Assembly: GCA_002269645.1 (NCBI GenBank)
Contig: NIVC01001122.1
Coordinates: 1-64,000, forward strand
Direction: 5' to 3'
Source of the DNA: Macrostomum lignano
Lineage: Eukaryota
DNA length: 64,000 bases
Below the pieces are notes generated by a model. That model had not been told where the DNA came from. It ran no database searches and saw nothing but the letters and a program-made list of their open reading frames with translations. Shown one piece after another: positions 58,331-64,000 of the stretch (positions are counted from its first letter, which is position 1; every line of letters starts with the position of its first letter). The position numbers and the translations under genes are program-made.

Positions 58331-59429
58331 AGTCGACTGTAAACCATCTACTCTGTGCATGTACTTTATCATTCACTGTGAGAAACTGTCGTTGCCTTAT
58401 TGGTGTGTTAGATACATAGATGAAGGAATAGAAGTTATATTGATTATAAATATGGTTATATATAGTAGTCAGTAGTCCTTGTGCATAAGATCTATATGGC
58501 CGTTTTCTGCCTCTAGTCGTCGGGAACGGCTGTGGTGAAAAACCCAACGAATCTGGCCCATAGAGATTTATGCCGTCCAGCTTGGACGGCTATCCGCCTG
58601 CCTATGGTTAAATACCCCCATTGTTTAGCAATTTGACGATCATTATTCGCATTTTTATGCAGAACAATACATGACTGCAAACAATGCATTGTTTTTAGGA
58701 TCGTCAAACAGAAAAACAATGCAAAGAATCAGCGGTCGCTGCACGTGGCAACGATTTGTCTATGGCTCGCGCCTGCCGGCGCTCGCCAGACAATCGTTGT
58801 CACGCACTGGGACCGCTGATTATTTATCCATTGCTTCCTGGCACCAGATCTCAGATGTCGAAAACTCGTTTTGAAAAAAATAACTTTGAAAAGTGCTGCT
58901 TCATAGCTTTCAGTGCAAATAAAACTGTAATCTAGAATAAAAGTGAAGAATTCCTTTATCTCGTTAAAACTGTATGATGTGCCGTTTACGTGACGCTAAT
59001 TAGTGAGCCGGAAAAGATCTGTATTGCTTGCCAGGACAAAAGAGCAGCAGTTGCTTGCATCCTGGCACTCGTGGATAGTCATTATGGATTCTTAAGGCCG
59101 AATTATACACAATTATGCAACGAGTGTTCACCAGCCCTGTTATTGCCAGACTTCTTGCTCGCCAAGGAAAAAAGCTGGTTTGCAATGGGAATGACATTCA
59201 CCGTCTACTTTTGTTCCTGTCAGAATCTTTTGTTCTACTTTTTTTAAGTCAGACCTTTGCTACAAGTTGCCCTAAAAATAATTTCATAACCGAGATTCGA
59301 CAGAAAGACTTGAAAAGGGCGAATTGAAAATCTTTGCCGAGGAGCAGATCTTATTGAGAACGGGGCCAAGGCTGAAGCCATAGCATCATAGTAGGAGAGT
59401 ACGAGCTAAAAAGTCAAGGAACTTAAAGA

Positions 59430-59585
<156 letters not shown>

Positions 59586-61036
59586 CTACTGTCTGTGTGT
59601 TTACGTGGACTTTTTGGAAGTTCAGTAGCCTCGTTAGCTGGACCACCCGGTGTAGGTAGACCACTTAGGTGGACCACCAAATAATTTTGTCTCTGGTGGG
59701 GTTAAGACGTTGATGAGGATCTCAAATTAATGTCAGGCGGGTCAAGAAGGGCTCTAGCAATTTTGGAATGTCTAGCATGGTTTTTTCCAAAGTTATTCGC
59801 ATTTCAGTTTAGCTGGACCTCCAGCCTGGTCTACCTAAACCGAGCGAGTCTGGTCCACGTAAACCGAAAAATTTCAGAAAATTTTTCGAAAATCGTCTGT
59901 TTGTGTCTGTTTGTGTCTGTTTGTGTCTGTTTGTGTATAGCAGTTATTAAGCATAGATTCGATGCAAAACTGAATTTTTTTACATATCATTACCTTACGA
60001 ACAAATGGCTATGTTAACATCATATTATGACCGCCACTGGCCTTAAAACAATATGCGTTAAAATTCTTTGACATTCAAGTAGGTACGCAGGTTAATTTAA
60101 AATTCTGACAACCTCGTATGCGAAATGAATTTTATATAGTAAACTTTAAACTCCATTTAATTAGCTCAGTTCCAGCAATTCCGGTATCGTACTCTGAGCA
60201 GAGACTCACAGAGTAAGACACCAATGTAAAGAAATCCAATTTACTAACCAGATCAAGCGATAAAGACTCCGAGACAAGAAAGATATTTAAGTGAAGCTTA
60301 AACAATATTCTTCAATGACTTCTCAAGAACTCCCAGTGGTCCTTGATAGCCACACTGTGTAAATGAAAATTTCTGAGGCTCTACCATTACACAAGAAAAA
60401 ATTAATAGCAACTTCATAAATTAAGTGCTTGCCAACTCTATCGCAAACACTATGGGATATCTTGAAGAAGAAGATCCTAAGCTGCAGCCTTTTAAGTGCA
60501 AAGTTGAAGATGCAATTTACCTAATTGAAAAGGGCCATTCATACATGTACATGCAAAATCAAGAGGACGCAATTAAGAAGGGCCTTTTAGCTAGAAATTG
60601 GGTCTCTGAATCTCTAGCAAAAGATCGACTTGATTGCGGTCCCAGTAAAACTAAGAACGCATTAACAGTCAGCCTAACACTAACTGTCTGTTTGGTCCAC
60701 GTAAACACATGTGCAGGAGTATAGGGTTGGAACAGACAGACAGACAGACCTCCCTTTCTATAATTGGCTGGTTAACACTTAGGAGGAAAGATCAACCCCA
60801 ACGATGGGACCGACCTCAGCCAATAGGAAACCCGCAAGGGTTCTGAAGGTAAGACTGTAGAGAGAGGGATATATAATGTCTAAGCGGGTGGTCCCCGTAA
60901 ACCATGGCGTAGTTAGACCACACACAGACAGTTTTATAAATTAGAACTGATTCTATTCACACTTATTAGGTCTAACATTATTTTCCATACTCTAAGTTTC
61001 ATCTATAGATAAATTTATTGTGCCAAGCAAGATACA

Positions 61037-61195
61037 ATGACCCGAAAAAAAAACAAAAAGGACGCCAAGCCTAAGCCTAAGGTAAAACCTAAAAAAACTG
61101 CGACGCAAAAAGCCACTGCAAAATCGAAGAAGGCCGCATCGCCTGGTGAAAACCGACAGTCTGCTCGCAAAACCATCGACACCGAGTCCAGAAAA
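61037..61195 (+). CDS. Exon of a Lys/Ala/Pro-rich basic protein
   Basis: MTRKKNKKDAKPKPKVKPKKTATQKATAKSKKAASPGENRQSARKTIDTESRK then |GTGAGT, phase 0. Confidence 0.6.
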
Positions 61196-61602
61196 GTGAG
61201 TTTCGTTTGATGATCTCAAAATAGCTAATTGCAAGGCCTATCTAACCTACAGACACAACTGAAGCAGCTCTCTCAGTCTGTTTGGGGCTTTGGCTCACAG
61301 AGCTGTCTTGAAAGTTTAGTGCAGGAATGCTTACGTTTCTTGGAATGCAATCAGAACAGATTCTTAGAAAGCGAGCTGGTCCACCATGAGATCAGAATGT
61401 CTGCACTGTGTAAATGAATGGCCTCTAGGCATTCCGACTCAGATTATCGCCTAGTAGTGCTGTAGAGAAGGTGGTCCACCTAACCTACAAACACAACTGA
61501 AGCAGCTCTCTCAGTCTGTTTGAGGGTCACACGGATACACTGCAGCGGTTTTGAATTTAAGCTTCCGACTTTGACTTGTCTTTTTATTCTCTAACTTCCT
61601 AG

Positions 61603-61827
61603 GAGCCTGAGGTCGAATTTCGTTCCCGCCAAATCGAACGCACTGGTGCCTCAAAAAGAGGGCGGAAATCGCGAAGCCGTTCGCGCTCTGCATCACGCCT
61701 TGATGAAGGCGCTCAGTCGCACAACGCTACCGCGGATGCAGGCGCTACTCCAGCCTCGAAGAAGGCCGCATCGCCTGGTGAAAATCGTCGGTCTACTGGC
61801 AAATCCGTCGACACCGAGTCCAGAAAA
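61603..61827 (+). CDS. Next exon of the same basic protein (75 codons, RS-rich)
   Basis: Acceptor ttctctaacttcctag|, EPEVEFRSRQIERTGASKRGRKSRSRSRSAS...SKKAASPGENRRSTGKSVDTESRK, |GTGAGT; phase 0-0 and stop-free. Confidence 0.65.
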
Positions 61828-62013
61828 GTGAGTTTCGCTTGATGATCTCAAAGTAGCTAGCTGCAACTCAATTGCTGTAGAGAAGCTGGTCCACCTAACC
61901 TACAGACACAACTGAAGCAGCTCTCTCAGTCTGTTTGGGGCTTTGAATCTTGGAAGGTGGTCCACCTAACCTACAGACACATCTGAAGCAGCTCTCTCAG
62001 TCTGTTTGGGGCT

Positions 62014-62311
62014 CATACATGCGCAACAGTTGGCCGAGTCGGCCGATCCGGCCGACCGATTTGGCGGCCAACCAAGGAAGTCGCAAATATGCCCACCCGA
62101 AAAAACACCGAAGTAGTAGTACTAAGTAGCTGACGAGGCATTTTGGCTCAATAAGACAGTCATAGTTACTCCTGCCGTTTACCCGAAGTTGCGTTAATTT
62201 TGCTTTAGGGTTTCTTTCCATGTAAGTCGCATTTTTGGCCAAAAACTACGTCGCATTTTTGTTAAAACTAAGTCGCACGGCCGACCGAATTTTGGAGGTT
62301 GCGCATGTATG
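62014..62311. mobile_element. 298-bp MITE, P- or hAT-type
   Basis: 14-bp TIR CATACATGCGCAAC / GTTGCGCATGTATG; 8-bp TSD TTGGGGCT at 62006-62013 and 62312-62319. Confidence 0.88.
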
Positions 62312-62776
62312 TTGGGGCTTTGAATCTTGGAAGGTGGTCCACCTAACCTACAGACACAACTGAAGCAGCTTTCTCAGTCTGTTTGGGGCTTTGACTTTTA
62401 TAAGGTGGTCCACCTAACCTACAGACACAACTGAAGCAGCTCTCTCAGTCTGTTTGGGGCTTTGAATCTTGGAAGGTGGTCCACCTAACCTACAGACACA
62501 ACTGAAGCAGCTTTCTCAGTCTGTTTGGGGCCTTGGCTCTCAGAGCTGTCTTGAAAGTTTAGTGCGGGAATGTTTCCGTTTCTTGGAATGCAATCAGAAC
62601 AGATTCTTAGAAAGCGAGCTGGTCCACCATGAGATCAGAATGTCTGCACTGTGTAAATGAATGGTCTCTAGGCATTCCGACTCAGATTATCGCCTAGTAG
62701 TGCTGTAGAGAAGGTGGTCCACCTAACCTACAAACACAACTGGAGCAGCTCTCTCAGTCTGTTTGAGGGTCACACG

Positions 62777-63403
62777 TAGGGATGTCGACCCCGGGGAGTG
62801 CTCCCGGGCCCCGGGGAGCTTGTCGGGGAATATTCCCCGGGGAATTGAACCGGGGACCCCGGGGAGAAAAATGCATTTTTAACCTAATTTTTGCCATTAA
62901 AATAAGAAAATAATTTACAGAGAGCTGATTGAAACTCTGTCTATGCTTTTCTTACCGCATAACTGCTTATCTCAATGTAAAATTTCAAACGCAACACACG
63001 TTTGAATGTTTTTTCACTACGAGTCCTTCAATCAAGCAAATTTCACCTAAAAACCCGTCAGGAAAAAGAAGCTTTACTGACTACTGTGTTGGTCTGCGTT
63101 GACGGCTTGACGGAATTTGACGCAGGCACAGCGCTGCGTCCTGCGGACGCATGGGGGTGTCATACAATAACAAAATGCTCCCTATTAGACAAGGACAATG
63201 TCTGCTAGAAATAAAAATTTTGATTATAAAAACGGTCTCATTCATTAATTATCCTCCCACGAGCGTAGCTGCTGAGCATGCATTTTCCGCCTCCACACCA
63301 CAGTCTGGACTCCTTCTGACAAAGGTGCACGCACGATTTGATGATGCCACGTTGTCAAATACAGTTTTAAATAAACACAAGCTCCCCGGGGTCGACATCC
63401 CTA
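62777..63403 (+). mobile_element. Internally deleted hAT element
   Basis: 22-bp TIR TAGGGATGTCGACCCCGGGGAG; remnant of the hAT dimerisation motif PPTSVAAEHAFS...GLLLTK.HARFDD.TL at ~63255-63355; flanks are not duplicated. Confidence 0.8.
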
Positions 63404-64000
63404 CTACAACCAAGGGATATAGGCATTTCTTAGGAGCCATTTAAATTTTAAAGTGATCTTATGCGAATTTTAATGTTAAAAGCTTCATGCTGTAACTAAC
63501 TAATTTAGTAGGATTGCATTGTAATCAGTTATTCATTAATTTTTCGCTATTTTTACAAACCATCCCACGTTGTCTTGACTCTTGATTTGCCATCTACTGT
63601 TATAACTGAGCCTGAAGACTTGTCTATACAGAGGACAGTGTTTTGAATCTCTGGCTAAACTGTCTCTCCTCTCTGCGCCTCTCCACTCGCGGGTACAGAG
63701 AAGGCTATTAAAAAGTTATTCCAAAACACTGTACATTCGCTATGTACATTAAGCCCAATCGCCTGACCCTTCGTCTGGGGGTCTGGGCTGGTGGAATGAG
63801 TGAGCGGCACAAACAACAGAAAAAGCAGACAAACTTCACATGCTTACAGTTTCTGTCCTGATTGAGATACAGAGTTGAGACTTTACATTTAGATAGAGAA
63901 TGAGTCAATAAAGAATTGCGTCAAATTTGAAGTCAATCGCTTCACGTGGAGCAAGCTTATGACAGCCGAAAGTTAGTCATTTTAAACCTATTTACACTCC

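Larger units (their letters stand above)
61240..62776 (+). repeat. Dispersed/tandem ~69-bp units (ggtggtccacctaacctacagacacaactgaagcagctctctcagtctgtttggggc) and a ~295-bp duplication
   Basis: At least 8 unit copies; ~61240-61536 is repeated at ~62480-62776. Confidence 0.9.

Noticed and set aside
60425-60724. Possible upstream exon of the basic protein gene
   Set aside because: Lies within the inverted-repeat block; no clear splice phase link to 61037.
61240-62776. CRISPR-like array of ~57-bp repeats with short variable spacers
   Set aside because: Eukaryotic intronic context, recurring spacers (tttgaatcttggaa), irregular period and no cas genes. It is a minisatellite/duplication.

Overview
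Eukaryotic, repeat-rich invertebrate DNA. Spliceosomal introns, GPCR genes, SINEs and (GACA)n tracts are present. A flatworm such as Macrostomum is my guess and cannot be verified here. The centrepiece is a structurally complete endogenous Polinton/Maverick (adintovirus-type) element at 30463-50960. It has AGTAG...CTACT termini, a 6-bp TSD (CAACTG) and long TIRs. It encodes protein-primed PolB, rve integrase, packaging ATPase, adenain-like protease, putative major and minor capsid proteins, a parvovirus-type PLA2 and several ORFans. It lies inside a 26-kb intron of a three-exon neuropeptide-type GPCR gene (minus strand, 25795-54165). It is itself interrupted by a young Mag-like Ty3/Gypsy retrotransposon (35343-39911; apparently identical LTRs, 5-bp TSD). 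Features not visible in the ORF track include: a spliced ORFan inside the virus (49235-49814), a small gene encoded entirely within the TIR, splice-acceptor-like motifs just before several viral ATGs, two divergent gene pairs each separated by exactly 30 bp, and a two-exon basic protein at 61037-61827. The rest of the window holds an intronless adenosine-receptor-like GPCR, degenerate Tc1, tyrosine-recombinase retroelement, piggyBac and hAT relics, MITEs, SINEs (one with a CORE domain) and minisatellites.
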